Source: Balanoglossus misakiensis (Eukaryota; Animalia; Hemichordata). Taken from it: 64,000 bases of DNA. Shown in pieces: positions 15,101 through 29,219 of the stretch. A program made the translations under genes and the position numbers. The DNA lies in assembly GCA_040954595.2 (NCBI GenBank), contig CM082585.2, positions 2,572,902 to 2,636,901 on the forward strand, written 5' to 3'. The notes under the pieces were generated by a model. The model had not been told where the DNA came from. It ran no database searches and saw only the letters and a program-made list of their open reading frames with translations. Numbering within the stretch: position 1 is the first letter of the stretch; the number at the start of each line of letters is the position of its first letter.

Positions 15101-16530
15101 CGTAACGACTTGTTACCGACTGGGACGGCTACGAGCCAAGAGCATATTGCAGCTCAGTGTGGCAGGGCCGGTGGTGTGTCTTACGGGCGATGTCTCCACA
15201 CACTGTACTGCTCTGTTTGATAAGAGTGTCCAAGCTTCGGACCACGGTCATGTTCGGACTTATGTCTTAACTTTGCTTTGTAAACACATTACCAACGTAC
15301 AACCCCTCCATGTTTGCAGAGAAATTAGATGAAGTCACATGGCGGAGTTCTCATCCTATCGGGATGCGTTTATCTCGGAATCGGCTGCTTTTCCATCGTC
15401 GAGTTTGATTTCATGTCCGATTCATAGTCGAGTTTTATGATGATCCCTGATTGATATATATTTTTTTCAGGCGCGCCGGGGGGGGGGGGTTCCATGGGAT
15501 TGATAATTCGAGGCAGGAGAAGAAATATGTCGACAGCGCAAATTGCCATTTTCTCGCTTTGTTTCGTCGATTTTGACAACTTCGCTCTGCATTGGTCGAG
15601 TGGTCTTAAATTTTACCCATCTAACAAAACAACTTTGTAGTCTATAAAGTGCTCCCAGTTGGAATAAACGTCGATTCAATTCGATTCATCATGAATTTGA
15701 TCAAATTTTCTAAAAAAACTCACTTGCGGGCGCTGCTCTCAATGAAAGCAGGTAACGTAACACAAACTGGTCGTTTTTTCATACTTGTGCTATATTACAG
15801 TAGGAAGCGTGGCCAACGTTTGGACTTAATTTGTTGTTATTGACCTAATACCACACGAGCTGATATGACCTAATTTCAAAAAACTGTCCCAAAACTGCCA
15901 AACTCAAATATTCAAACATCACCAAAATTGTACAATATCTTACATCAATCAGTATAAGGAACATGCTTACCGAAGTTCAAAGCAATCTAACAAGTGGTTT
16001 CAAGGACAAAAACTTCTGACGAAAAATTGCAACAGTTAGGCCCTACCTCAAGAACATAAATATGCACATTTCAGCAAAATTTTAACACAACTCACAATTG
16101 CTTAACCCTGAAAACATGCCTACCAATTTTCAAAGCAATCTGACAAGCGATTTCCGAGAAAACGATTTTTGACCAAAAATTGCAAAATTTGGCCCATAAT
16201 TACAAATACGCAAACTTAGCAACAATTTGAAAAAAAAAAAAACAAAGATCACCTATAGGAAGCTTTATACTGAATTTTTTTAGAGAAATCGACCAATCAC
16301 TTTCATAGAAGATGTGGAAAAAAATGACAAAAGTCATAAAAAGTAGAAAATTCACGATATAAGGTCAAAACTTATAGAGCTCTGTGATGTTGGCAGAAGC
16401 TATATGCATACCAATTTTCAAAGAAATCTGACCAGTAGTTTTCAGCTAATGTGTCCGAGATCAGACAAAAACAGAGAACAGAACAGCCAAAGTGAGAGAA
16501 CAGAATAGCCAAAACTATCACCAGCGCTTA
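12137..16530 (+). mobile_element. Degenerate interspersed element with ~150-170 bp internal tandem repeats (Helentron-associated/HINE-like), interrupted by ~3 kb of other sequence
   Basis: Motif GGAACATGCCTACCAAATTTCAAAGCAATCTGAC...TTTTTGACCAAAAATTG recurs at ~12370, 12470, 12619 and again at ~15957, 16110, 16405. Boundaries approximate. Confidence 0.45.
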
Positions 16531-19258
16531 ACTCCACATCTGAAAGCAAACCATTTGTTAGAGCGATATTCAGGTCCTAAGAAAACTCAAACTTCAATTA
16601 GACAGAACATACTGGTCATCACAATTGCCTTCTGATTGGAATCTGTGCAGGAAAAGCAACAACAAATACTTATCCTCACCTGAAATCAAAGAGACAGACA
16701 AAAGCACTCATTTTATCAGAATATTTATTTTAAGTATGCAAAAATCCTAACATGATATATCTGTCTACTTATTTATCATGATAGGAAAATTGTTGGAATA
16801 AAAATATCAAAGATATTCCTTCCTAATGCTGCATATAATATTTACATACTCTGGCAGTCTTGTAAATACAATGAAATGTTAGTCAAAAGCTCTTCTTAAG
16901 AACTAAGTAATTCTCAGTACAAAAAGCAATATGTGGAAAATACCAACTTAGCATCTTATGCAAAATCAACAAAATTGAGGAATGGTGTCCCCCCCCCTCC
17001 CCTTCAGCACTATACATGATTCAACAGCCTCAGAGGGTCATTCTTCACACACACATAAAATGAATGGCTGATTACATGAAATATTTTCGAAAGTCAATAA
17101 GTGGTCATGAAAGGCTCTTGTTTTTGTTAAAATAAAAAAAATGTTAGGAAATTCAAGAAAAGTAAAAAGCAATGTATGTGAATATTGATATTAAAAACAT
17201 GTGATTTTAATTGTTTGGCTACTATGGTCACTGGATAGAAGAGATTAGGACTCTTTAATGACTTTATTTGCATTTGAATAGTAAACTTTCCTTTTGACGT
17301 TGAACCCCCTAGCTGGACGAGAAAATGATCTAAATGTATCATGAATGTTTATTTTGTTGACACCATTCATTAATTTACCTTTTTAAGCATATATAAATGC
17401 ATTATATCTCGATTGTAATTTGAGTGCATTTCGAGTCTATTAAAGTACTTTTCGTCGTACGAGGTCTCCTTCACTCCAGTCACTTCCTTATAACAGACTA
17501 TATTTCTTCACATGCATCTAATAGTTTGATTCTAACATACTTGTCACGGGTGTCGCCGTTCACCACAAAACACACCAAAATTGTTTAAAGGTTTCACAAG
17601 ACATAGGCCTATGACATTTCTTAACTGAAATTGAACAGGGACATCATCAGTTCACATGTGCGGCCGGTCTGGCTACACAGGTGAACTGCTAAATTACACA
17701 CATGTATGGGAGTTCACCTACAGCAGAATACACAAAAATTCATGCAAGTGAAAAATACAGAAGTACAATTGAAGACTTGACGCAAGTTCAGACACCAATT
17801 ACTTGTGCTAAAATGAGCCAGTAGAATGCACCTATATAAAAATGCTTCAAGCTACAGGTAAAGTACAAGGAAAACTAACCTGAAATTGAACATAGACATC
17901 TTCAGTTCATACATGTGGCCGGTCTGGATACAGAGGTGAACTGACTAAGCATATGCATGGTGTCCTTTTATATCAGCAATCTACACTATGGTGGCGCATT
18001 ACCTTGAGTTCATTAGTCAAATGAAACATCCTGGTGGTTTGCATATAATTGAGATCATCAAATAGACTGTAAGTTCTATCATTACTAGAAAGGTGTTCTC
18101 ATGAATAAATGATTAAATGATGACTGCAAAGAATACAGTTGTTACATACATACAGATATTACATATATATTCAAGTGAACGAATGGTTCGGTCCAAATCC
18201 ATTGTTTCCTGCTGGAAAGTTGGATGTCTACACAGGGAATTGGGTGAAAGGTGAGAGTGCTAAGAAAAAAGGCTGATGGTAATTTTCCATTTTTATCTAA
18301 ATTGAATACATGTGTGGGCTTAATCTTTCCCAATAATGCTGACACAGAAAAAGTTAATTGTTTTACCAAACTTTCCTTGAGAGTCGAATGAAGGCACTTG
18401 ATATTAGCACAGAGACTGATTTTTTCCACACACCACTTTTCTCTTTTCATAGAGCTCCATTCAAATTTTGTACACAATAATGTAATAACATTGTCACTAC
18501 CCAAGCCTAAACTTTCAAATTACAATGTGACATTTCAAAACACTGTTAGACTCCCCAATGAACCATTAACTCTGGATCAGCATCCCTTCAAATTAGTGAT
18601 AGCCCTGGGGTGAGTTTCGTTAATTTTGTTATAATGGTGTTATTTAATTGTTTGGCTGTAACACAAATTACTACATGGAAGTATAAACATGTTATGTCCA
18701 CACATATGCTGTAGGTTCAGCTTCAATTCAATTTTCAGCAATCAGATCATAACAAATTATTCCAAAAAAATGAACATCAAGAGCTGGTGACTTTGTGGCT
18801 TTCACATGATAAATATAAACGTGTGAACATTGCCCCATGCTAGAGTGTGATATTAACACGTCTCATACAACCTACAATTCTCTGTATATAATGAAACACA
18901 TTCATTATAGCTGGATTAGTTGTTTCACAGGTAATCTGTAACCAGATAGGCTGACCTGAGCAATCCATGTTTTTGCAAGTGTTTTATTGTCACTGTCATA
19001 GTGTGACTTCTTTGGTGTAATGCTCCACTGAACACAAGAGTATTAAAATTGGACAGATAAATGACCAATAACACAAAGTCTGTGATTGGGTAATACAAAT
19101 GATAAGTACACAACTGGAAGATCTGTCACTCAAAGTTTTGTCTATTGCTCTTTTCCCTGAGGGAGAAATAGAGAGCAATTTTAGAGATACGTTCTCCAGT
19201 TTAATAATCAGGCATTAATGAAACATTATTCTAGTATATAGCTGTATTTTGTCAGCTT

Positions 19259-19582
19259 TGCTTCCAAAAAATATGCATGCCACTGCCCCAATAAAGCACG
19301 ATACCCCTTGCTGGGAATTGTGATGTAATTAATACCACTTTGAAGTCAATCACAGACTTTTTTTCCATTGATTGGTCAAAGGATACATGTGTTGTTAAGG
19401 ATGAGTACCATTTTGACTTTAGATTAGCCTTGCCTTCACTGTATCTTTACACACAATCACCATTGATCAGTTTATGTGCGTGACTTCAAGGGGGATGCTA
19501 GTTACATCACAATTCCCAGCAAGGGCTATCAGGCTTTATTGGGCCAGTGGCATGCATGACTCTAAATGTTCGTTTTGGAAGC
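19259..19582. mobile_element. Fold-back MITE with long imperfect TIRs
   Basis: ATGCATGCCACTGCCCCAATAAAGC..CCCTTGCTGGGAATTGTGATGTAA is mirrored by TTACATCACAATTCCCAGCAAGGG..GCTTTATTGGGCCAGTGGCATGCAT. Confidence 0.7.
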
Positions 19583-19600
19583 AGAAAAAATGGGTATATA

Positions 19601-19792
19601 CTGTAAAACATGAAATTTTCGCAATATCAAAAGTGGCGACTGTTATGTAATGATTAATTTTCGCATTCTCGAATTTCAATTCATCATTATTTCAGAAAAA
19701 CATTTTTTTTGCGACTTTTTAGTTTTCAGGTTATTTTGGCTCTTGCATGATTCATGCAAATTTATCGCTCGTGAAAATTTCCTGTTTTACAG
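19601..19792. mobile_element. Tc1/mariner-type MITE
   Basis: TIR CTGTAAAACA(T/G)GAAATTTTC, flanked by TA on both sides. Confidence 0.7.
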
Positions 19793-20080
19793 TACATCCT
19801 AAGTATCTTTTTTTCACACCAGAAGACAATGCATAGTTGCTTTGTGTATGGCAGACTTTGTATTACGATAGACACTGACAACCAGTTACATCTGTCTCGC
19901 ATACAAATATGGTCATATTGAAATAAGGTATTACGATGGAAACAAAGTAAAGCTAATGCAAGAATTAGTACAGAACAAGTCTATTCTGTTACTACACTGG
20001 AATAACCATTCTGTGTTATTTGATCTGTTTAATTAAAGTCTACAGTCTCGTGTTCATTATAGTCAGTTTCCTGTATGAAT

Positions 20081-20368
20081 TTATTGATTCAGAATATCAA
20101 AAAGACTCATGTCATCAGCCAGCAGACTACTACTTGATTGTTGCTGTGTTTGTTGCATGCTGGGTGCCAAGCCCATCTGAGGTACCTGTGGTCGCGGCCG
20201 TGGCTGTTGTCCTAGTAACAGCTGTTGTTGTTGTTGTTGTGATTGCTGTTGTTGTAAGAACTGCTGTTGTTGTTGCCATGTTTGTTGTGTTGCTGCTGGT
20301 TGTTGTTGTTGTGGTGGTGGTGGTGGAATGGTTGCTTGTGTACCGCTAGCTTGTTGTTTTTGTTGTTG
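20081..20368 (-). pseudogene. MED25: Terminal coding exon of a MED25-like gene copy (Gln-rich C-terminus)
   Basis: Acceptor ttttgtttgcattcaacag, phase 0, 96 open codons: QQQKQQASG...QQTWQQ...QLLLGQQPRPRPQVPQMGLAPSM...SLLADDMSLFDILNQ*. Mixed CAA/CAG codons. Resembles the vertebrate MED25 tail as I recall it (QSW...[31 protein letters not shown]). Confidence 0.6.
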
Positions 20369-21004
20369 CTGTTGAATGCAAACAAAATGGTTTTCTTTTT
20401 AAAGTCACTTCACAGAAAGCGGCAATGTATCAGGAGACAGCTCTCTTTAACGTTCTTCACATTTGTCAATCAGACTGAAATTTAGGGAGGCATAAAGTAA
20501 CTGTAATTTCGGGTATAGTTTTAGGTCGTGTCTACTATTTGATGGTTAATTTCAGGACCCCCATTGACCTAATTAATTATGTACACGCCTAATTCTAGGC
20601 TAACCAATAGATCTAGAAGTTTGGATTTTGTAGGACATAAATCAGTTTAGGATCAAAACTTTTTGACAAAATTTCTGGTATCCACAGCAGATAATCCTTG
20701 GCATTCTGTAGAAACCCTGGGAATCGCTTGGGCCCAGTGAACACTGCTTTCAGCTTTAATTCACCATGTAATCAGATGCAGACATTTTGAAAACAATGTG
20801 ATTTAAATTCTAAGCAGACTTTTGTTAAAGGGTTATGATCGTCTAATGCTCATATGCCAAAGCAGAGATTCTGGTTACAAAAACTTTATCAATGACACAA
20901 TTCTGTCTATACAACAGACAAGATGGCGGCAACCATACTCTGTGTCGTAAATTAGGAAAAAAAACAGCAAATTGAGTTAAAAGAAGAGACAAAATGAAAG
21001 TCTT

Positions 21005-21038
<34 letters not shown>

Positions 21039-21527
21039 TGGGCAAGAAATATGAAAGGAAGTGAAGGCAGTCCACTATTTGAATGCATGCACATAAAATT
21101 TGCAGATATTTGGATTTGATCTTATTTTGTACACACAAAATTACACATATGTGCATAAGAGTAAGACGATTGTCTGCATTTAAAACTGTCTGACGGAGGT
21201 TATCATCAGTGCTTCCACACTGATACCATGGAAAAACTAGAAGAATTGAAAATAAGAATGAGACAAGATTTGTTGTATTCCTCTGTCTGTAATTTAGGTC
21301 TGCTTTGGGCAAATAGTGCTTTGAATTTATTCTGTGTGACTGTCAGGTCCCAAATACATTAAGATAATTTCGGGAATGGCACAGACCATGTTATTTGTAA
21401 CATCAAGAAAGCTCCTTTTTTGAGAAAAATGATTTTATTTTTCCCCACATAACAATTCCCAGGAGTGACACGGGTATCAGTCTTGGTTTTCAAAATATTC
21501 ACTGTTCACATTATTGTGACAACTTAC

Positions 21528-21749
21528 TTGAAAGTGGTGTCTTAGTTGTTGATTTGTTGATTGTATATTGGATGGCTGTGCTTGCACTGCTTGTTGTTGT
21601 TGTTGTTGGGCTATCTTTGTAATTGCTTTTGTTGTTGTCTTTGTGTTATGAGTTGATTTTGTCGTGCATGTTGATCTTGCTGATTCTTCAATTCAAGTTC
21701 TTATTTTCTGTGTCATCTCTAGATTCTCCTGCAGTGCTTGAATATTCCT
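21528..21749 (-). pseudogene. MED25: Disrupted penultimate exon of the MED25-like copy
   Basis: tttag/AGG...CAA/gtaagt, 222 bp, phase 0-0. Reads RNIQALQENLEMTQK / ELELKNQQDQHARQNQLITQRQQQKQLQR / IAQQQQQQAVQAQPSNIQSTNQQLRHHFQ only after two compensating frameshifts; the literal frame has a TGA at codon 19. Confidence 0.55.
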
Positions 21750-22013
21750 CTAAAAGATCAAACAAAGAAAAGTGTAAACAGTCAATCATTGTCATGTGTC
21801 AATCTACCAACAGGTAACTGACTACAGGAGCTTCAGCCAATTTTCACTTGGGAGATTATTGAAATCAATTTAAAGCTCAGTAACTCCAACTTCGGGTTAT
21901 TTTCTCAATACTTTTTTGGGGTATCAACTATGGTTTCTTGTCCCACTTATCATGGAATTAATCATATTCAAATATTTGAAGGGATTAAAAAGTACATACT
22001 GTAAAACACTTTA

Positions 22014-22348
22014 GTGCCTTTCACACGTGCCATCAACGCCGCCCCAGCAGCGGCCCTAGGGCGGCGTTAATTTGAAAGTGCCACGTGTGAAAAGGTGAGA
22101 GCGGCTTTTTTGGGGACGGTGTTGAGGGGTGGGACCTGGTTCGGGGCGCTGCACTAAACAGCGACTCAAATCACGTGTGAACATTGTGACCTTTAGCCAC
22201 GCTGCTGTGGACGCGCGTAGAGGGCGATGACCCTGTCCCTTTTATACACATGTGCATGCAAAAGTATTTGAGTCACTGATAAGAAATGTTTACCAAATTT
22301 TATAATCCCAAAAAGGGCGCCCTAACAATGGCACGTGTGCAAGTGGCT
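22014..22348. mobile_element. GC-rich MITE, PIF/Harbinger-like
   Basis: Imperfect TIR GCCTTTCACACGTGCCAT / ATGGCACGTGTGCAAGTGGC in a TTTA context; internal CACGTGTGAA motifs. Confidence 0.5.
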
Positions 22349-22647
22349 TTAATTTTTCGCGAGCAATAAATTTTCACCAAATACGCAAGTGCCAAAATAG
22401 TGTAAAAATAAAGTGTCACGTAAATTTTTTTGAAGATAACGATGCAGTGAATGAAATAAGAGAACGCGAAAATTTATACTCGCGAAACAGTGGCCGCTCT
22501 CGATATAAGATCTGGAGTGCTGAGCAGTCTCTAACTATGTGTACTGATTGGTTGCAATAGAATACATATCAATAAGCAGGCCTTCTCCGCCCGTCAAATA
22601 GTGTTTACCCATCGTACAAATTGCCAAAATGAAGATATATGCCAATA

Positions 22648-22823
22648 CAGTAAAACTCCAATTATCCGAACTGACAGGGGGACATTGATTTTGTTCAGAT
22701 ATGCAGACAGTTCGGTTATTCGGATAGCGATCCTATACAAAAGAACTGTTTGGGGGACATGACAGCAGTTTGGATAACCAAACAGTTCGGATAATTGGAG
22801 TTCGGATAATTGGAGTTTTACTG
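22648..22823. mobile_element. Tc1/mariner (pogo/Tigger-like) MITE
   Basis: Perfect 25 bp TIR CAGTAAAACTCCAATTATCCGAACT, TA target duplication. Confidence 0.85.
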
Positions 22824-24971
22824 TATAGGTAATTTAATGGCCTGGAAGGAACATTTTTCGTCAAAAAATAGTGCCATGCAAGCAACAAGCAGGTGTGTAA
22901 AGTGTGTCACCCACCAAGCTCAAGGACGCATGAAATAACAAAATAATAACAAAACCAAACAGATTACAGGTAATATTAAATATTAAGTGACACGACTTGA
23001 CAATAGCCAAGTCAGGTACAAAGTGCAGAAGTTTTAATGGAGGGTTCCCATACTGATTTTATGTTCTGTGCATACATCTGTAAGTGTTGCATCAACTGAA
23101 TTTTGCATCAGCAGAATTGTTGGCATGGTATATTGTAAGAAGTAAAACAGACACTTTATTTCTTTCAGGGTATTTCAACAGGCCTTTGTTATATGACATC
23201 ACATTTTTAAGTGTTTGATTACCATACTACATAAGGTTGAATGTATTTTGCAAACCTGATCAGTGAACACAGTGGGGTAAACCTCCATAGCTGCCAAAAC
23301 GCACATTTTTTCATGAGTTTTCCTTTAAACTTGAATTAATGCATATAAATAGGCTTATTAAATTTGATTGTGACGGTACTTTGCAATTCGAAAGTCAGCT
23401 GGATTAAAACGGTTCTACCGTTTTTATAGGGGTCCAGTTGACCTCCATGGTGAGTAAACAAGTATTGTGGTCATGATAGTTCCAGCAGTGCAAATGTTGT
23501 GTACACTTCATGATATTAAATATTTTGCTCGGTTGACATAAAAGATTTATCCTTTGACAACCATGCTGCCTTTCAGATGGCCAGCCCAAGAAAATAGTGG
23601 TGAATTTAAAATAGCTGCGAGAACTCCAAACATTTTCATACAAGTAATCCGTTTCCGGTTGACGACAAATTCATGCACATACAAGGTATGTCGCTTACAG
23701 GCATATAAGTTGAAACTTTAGGGATAATTATCATTTTTTTCAAACTTTACTAGGATTAGTCCAAGCAGATGTAGGCACTGAACTGTATACAAGTATTTTT
23801 AACCCTAAATATGAGTGCATTTGCAAGTTTTAACCAGATAAATAATAAAGCTTTGCCATAAAGGAATATGGCTGCCACCGTGGGAAATGCAAGAAACAAT
23901 GAAAACGTTGCATTTCTGACTATTGAACTTCATAAACAAAACATGATCTCCTCCACTAGAACTCATGCAAGTAAATGTACACCGCTGAGACATTAGATTT
24001 TCATTTTTCATTGCAAAATTGCACTTTTTAAAAAATACAGGAATTTTAGATTTTCTTTCATTTTTGGCCTGTTTTGTCATACATAAGTGTTGATCTTGAT
24101 ATATTATGAAATGTCATTTAATAGACATAATTAAAATCATATATAAGATTATTTAAAGCTTAATTTAAATTAATATTTCCTTTTTATGAAAAACTGACAA
24201 TCTCGAGCAGGCAAACACTGAGACTGATTACAGTATGTAGAGGATGGGGGCGCAAATTGCATCTGCATAAAGCAAGAAGAATGCTTCAACATAACTGACA
24301 CATCTGTTTAAACAGCCAATAAATGGAAGGGGATACTGCTCCCCCCCCCCCCTCTCTGAAGTCATATTACTTGATCAAGTTTCCGAAACTCTGAGTATAC
24401 GAGTCAAAATGACAATTTGTGCTTAACGTTTGTTTTGGATCAGCATTTTTCTGGTATTGGAGATGGTTTCAATCACAGCCACAGGACAAAACTGGCCATG
24501 TTAATGTTTCCACAAAATCAACAGTCGATTCAAACTGAGAAAATTTGGTCACTGGGAAAAATGTTAGTGATGTCAAAATGTTATGTTTAGCACATATTAT
24601 CGGACTGAATGAGCGTGCTGCGTTTCATGCATTTATGATGGTTGTCTGCAAAGACCATTGGAGCATGTTTGCCAACAGGACTGTGGTCGAATCTATACTG
24701 GTACGTGTTTGTGTAAATTGCCTATATAACAGTTGACCAGCAGGGGTAGACACCCTTTGGACAGGAATTTGAATTTTAAAGGCACACATGCTGCAAATTT
24801 TGGGATAGTTATAACAATTTTATCAAACAATTGAAAAGAAAATAAATGTTTGTGTGTTGGTTGTTTACCATAACTAAAATTTGTGACATTTTCCTACGCG
24901 CTAAACAAAACTCTTTTTTTGTCCTTATCAGTAGCAGTGTGGCACCATTTCCTAGATAGACAGAAGCTCAC

Positions 24972-25022
24972 CTCGTTGATAGCATTTGGGTGTATAACAT
25001 TTCTCTGTTGTTGCTGGCTTAT
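24972..25022 (-). pseudogene. Candidate 51 bp exon of the same Gln-rich gene copy
   Basis: ttattgacag/ATAAGC...AACGAG/gtgagc, phase 0-0, ISQQQQRNVIHPNAINE, phase-compatible with exon 21749-21528. Confidence 0.45.
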
Positions 25023-27218
25023 CTGTCAATAAGATAGGTTACATTTATCTTTAAGGGATTCATAAGTGACTTTGACATAAGACATCTTAACCCTATGACC
25101 TTTCATACAATGAGCAGTTGCCAAATTAACTTTCTCTCTGAACATTAGTGTGACCAATCCGGACCAGGCACTGTTCCATTCTACTACGCAAAACAACTAA
25201 TCGCAAAGTAACCCAGGAAGGGAAATGCTGACAAAATCTACACCTATCAGTAAATTTCAGACATCAAATCTTGTAACTGCATTTATACAATTTATTTGAA
25301 TAATGCCTTTGTGGTTATCTGATGTCAATTATTTAATTGAAGAGTTGTTGTGTTGGAGTTAACTTGTGTGAATCGCTTGCCTTTCATTCTGACAGTCAAT
25401 TATATCTTGAGGAAGCAGCTCCCACTTCTAGATTGAAAATATGAATTATTTAAAATACATGTATATATATTTCTTTTCAATGTACAACACTATATCACAA
25501 GTCATCTTTTCACAAGAGGTGGGCCAAACCATACAGGAAACTGTGAACAATCATTCATTGCTTTGATATTTGGACTGACAACACCACTCTGTGGCACAAT
25601 ATTCAATTTCAAACATTTTTGAATACTGTAAACGCATTGAATATCGCATGTATTAAATGTTGCTATTTTGCAATTGGGGCCAGTGAGTGAGCATTTAAAT
25701 ATAAGAATGCAAGGTTCTCAAAAGAAATAAAAGTCACTGTTTGTTCCTTTAATTTGTGTATCATTTGATAAACTGCAGCCATACACATTCATTGACGAGA
25801 AGTGTCAAAACATCCACAGGTCTATTCATTGAATGTGAGGTGCAAAGCTAGAAATGGAGATGTTACTAGTAGTGTAATACAAAGACAGCAAATAGCAGCC
25901 GGACTTGTTTCCTACAAAAAAATCCAGCCATGTCATGTTGCTGGAAAGTCTTTGTACTTCAATAACAATACAGTCCAATTATGAAAGGGAAAGCTATGGA
26001 TATGTCCTGTTTTAAACATTTGTTTGTACTATTTTGATATTCGCCATGTTAATATCACCACAAGCTAATATCCAAACTACACACAACTGCAAGTTCACTG
26101 GCCTCAAGTCACTTGTGGATGTTGACACTAATACCCATTAAAACTTCCTATCTGGGAACATGTAAATGCACACTACAGGAAAACAAAGCAATAATTCAGA
26201 ACACTATTGTGACGGTCACAGAACTTGTGAATTTATTACAAAAGCAGTCATCCTGAAAATTGAAATACACAACCTGACGACCATCACTGATTTTAGTCAG
26301 CTACCATCACTGAATGATGAACTCAAACAAAAAATTGCTTAATACGCGGTTAAAAATAACAATGCAACAAAAAACACAAATGATCGACTCCAGTCATATA
26401 TGTACATCAAGCAACATCAACTGAAAGGCTACAGGCAGTATCGTCAATACACAGGTTGTTGTTGCTATGCTCAAGGCGTCAATGAATTGGTGGTCACATT
26501 TCATTGAACAATGAATGGGCAAGTGCTCACTCACTTCTTCAGTGAATTTCACTGTTTGTTTATCTTATCATAAAAACTTGGGCACCACAGTCCTTTGGAT
26601 AAAAATATTCATGTGTGGTGATTTAAAATCAGTGTTGCAAGAAGCAGAATTAATCACAGGATTAATGGCTTCTGATTGAAAAATACTAAATGCTTAATAT
26701 GCCATATGCCGCACACAGAGTGATCACATTAGTCAATTGTATTTTAACATACGCTTATTGTTTATGCATTTGCAGTATCTAGTCATATTACAGTAATACA
26801 CCAGACATGTTCTTAACTCAATCAATGTGTGTGTGTAAGTTCAATTTCTGACCACACTAAGATTACCCAAGTCCATGTGACCAACTCTACTGCAAGTATA
26901 CAGACTTGAACTCCGGAAAACTAGTCACCTACAATACTAGAACTGGAGCCACATCCAAAACTTGACTTTGAGATATTTTATCAAATCAGTGCTCCTTTTA
27001 GAATTAGAACTCCCATGCAATTTTTGTGACAGAAGAAATAAAGAGATTCCCAGAAAGAACCTCCCAGTTCCCTTTTTAGAGGTCCAACCTTACCATAGAA
27101 AACAACAGGTTTGGACTGTACCATGGTGGTGAAATGGTTAAGCCAGAGCATGTATCAAAATACAGTAAAACCTGTCTCAACCAAAACCTGTCTATTACAA
27201 GGACATTGTTCAAACTCC

Positions 27219-28333
27219 TAGGTTCACTTTTGTTTAATCGCAACACCTGGTCCAGAGCAGTGCAAACATTGGCTAATCAAGCCAGCAAGGTGTTGTCTCT
27301 ACTCTCAGTTGCCAGGTGGAAACTAGGGTATATGCCATTTGAATGTCACTTCAAGGTGTTTGATGCCATGATCTTACCCATTCTTTGTTATGGATCGGAG
27401 ACTTGAGTTTTATGACATCATAGAAAAAGTGCAAAGAACATGGTGCAGAATTTTTCTAGGTGTGCCAAGGAGCACTACCAATGAAGCTGTAATTGGAGAA
27501 TGTGGGCGGTTGCCAGTGTATGTTCACACAATGAAATGTTGTTTTCGTTACTGGGTGAAACTTATAGAGATGCCACAGGAAAGACTCCCTAGGCAAGCAT
27601 ATTTAATGCTACATACGTAATCTTGACTGTTTAGGCCGTCAAACTTGGGCAACATCGGTGAAACACATTTTATTTTCGCCTGGATTTCTCAGGAAATAGG
27701 CGATAAGCGTTTGTTCCTTTCAGCATTTGAGACAAGAAATTCAGATATTTTGAAGCAACAATGGAAATCACTGTCCGTCCAAAACCAAACTCCGTACATA
27801 CACACATTTTAAATCATTGTTACAGCCTGAAAAGAAGTTAATGTCATCTGTACACGTAATGTCAAAGACATTTTTGCATGTTTTCGCTGTTCTGCCCTTC
27901 CTCTTGCAATAGAGGAGGGAAGAGATCAGAACGTGGACGTTTCAGAGAGACACTGTAGGCTATGCTCTGGTGAACAAATAGAAGACGAGTATCACTTTTT
28001 ACTTGTTTGCCCCGTATATGACAGTCTTAGAAAACAATATATTGGTTACACTAAAATTCCCCACATTAATATGTTTGTTAATATCATGAGCGCATCAGAA
28101 TCCTCAAGTATTTATGTTTACAATGCCTTTTAACTTAGAGAAAATGTGTTAAAAAACTTAATCTGCTAAGTTCCTCACTTTGTATCCCGAGTACGTACTT
28201 CCACACAAGTGCTGCTTGATGTTGTCATTTGTATTATTTGAGTACATGTATTATTTATTTCATTTTCGTACAATTTTCTGATTACCTTTATGCCCTCTTA
28301 CCTATGGGCTGGAGGCCTTGACAATCAATTAAC
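27219..28333 (+). mobile_element. 5'-truncated, decayed LINE 3' end (RTE-X-like)
   Basis: Frameshifted ORF2 motifs FKVFDAMILPILCYGSE, NEAVIGECGR, RHCRLC..EDEYHFLLVCPVY, homologous to the LINE at 53-58 kb. Confidence 0.85.
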
Positions 28334-29219
28334 GTGCACTGTTGTGCACCTGAACAATGAACAACAAATCAATCACACATTCTCACTGAATCGAAAGCTG
28401 TATATGACACGAGCGCTGATTCAGATTGGATGACAAAGCTAAATGTTATCCTATGATACAGAAACTACAACGTGCCAGATGACAGTTCAAGAGTCATTTA
28501 TTTAATGTTTTAAAACGAATTTGGCTAATTTGTGGCCGTGTGAGAAATATAATCTCACACACCAAGGACCTGGGATCATATTTCTCACACTCGTCAGGGA
28601 TATTTTGTCCCACACTCGCCTGCAGCTTGTTTGGGACAGAAAATCCTCAACACATGTGAGAAATATGATCCCACGTCCTTGGGAGTGTGAGATTCTATTA
28701 GTCTCACAACCTTAGGACCTGGTAAAAGATTTCTCAGACGAGTTGGGGATATTTTTAGCTCGTGTTAGACAAGCCAAAATATCCCTGATGAGTGTAAGAA
28801 ATTGTGTTAAGTACACGGTGGTCCCATTCACGGATAATACAAGAAAAAAGTCTACACCGGAGTACATATACAGACAGACACACACACACACACACATCAA
28901 GAGATCAACAGGCAAACATTGGCTGACCCATAAGCTGCCAATGGCATGTGTACTGTACACACACCAAATAGAACAGCTGGTCTCTTTAACAGTTAGCCAG
29001 TTATGTAAACATGCAGTTACCAATCACTGTTATTATTGACAAATTGCATCCAAGTCCAGACCCAGGCTTGAATACAATGTTTAAACATAACAACATTGCT
29101 TACCCTGCTTCATCGAGCTGAACAAGAAATGATGGTTGATAACCAGAAAAATACTGAATAAAAATTCAAAAGTTACAGATACTGGACCTTTCATTGTCCA
29201 CATATTGTGCTGGTCTTAC

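Noticed and set aside
14781-15332. 183 aa ORF
   Set aside because: No domain or splice support; lies in probable repeat-derived sequence whose ends I could not define.
20020-20485. Val/Leu-rich plus-strand ORFs, or a Thr-rich mucin reading on minus
   Set aside because: The plus ORFs are antisense shadows of CAA/CAG repeats. The Thr frame hits TAG soon after the acceptor, whereas the Gln frame is open and splice-compatible.
24591-24700. Possible plus-strand exon (tttag...CTG/gtacgt)
   Set aside because: Isolated, no partner exons or recognisable peptide.
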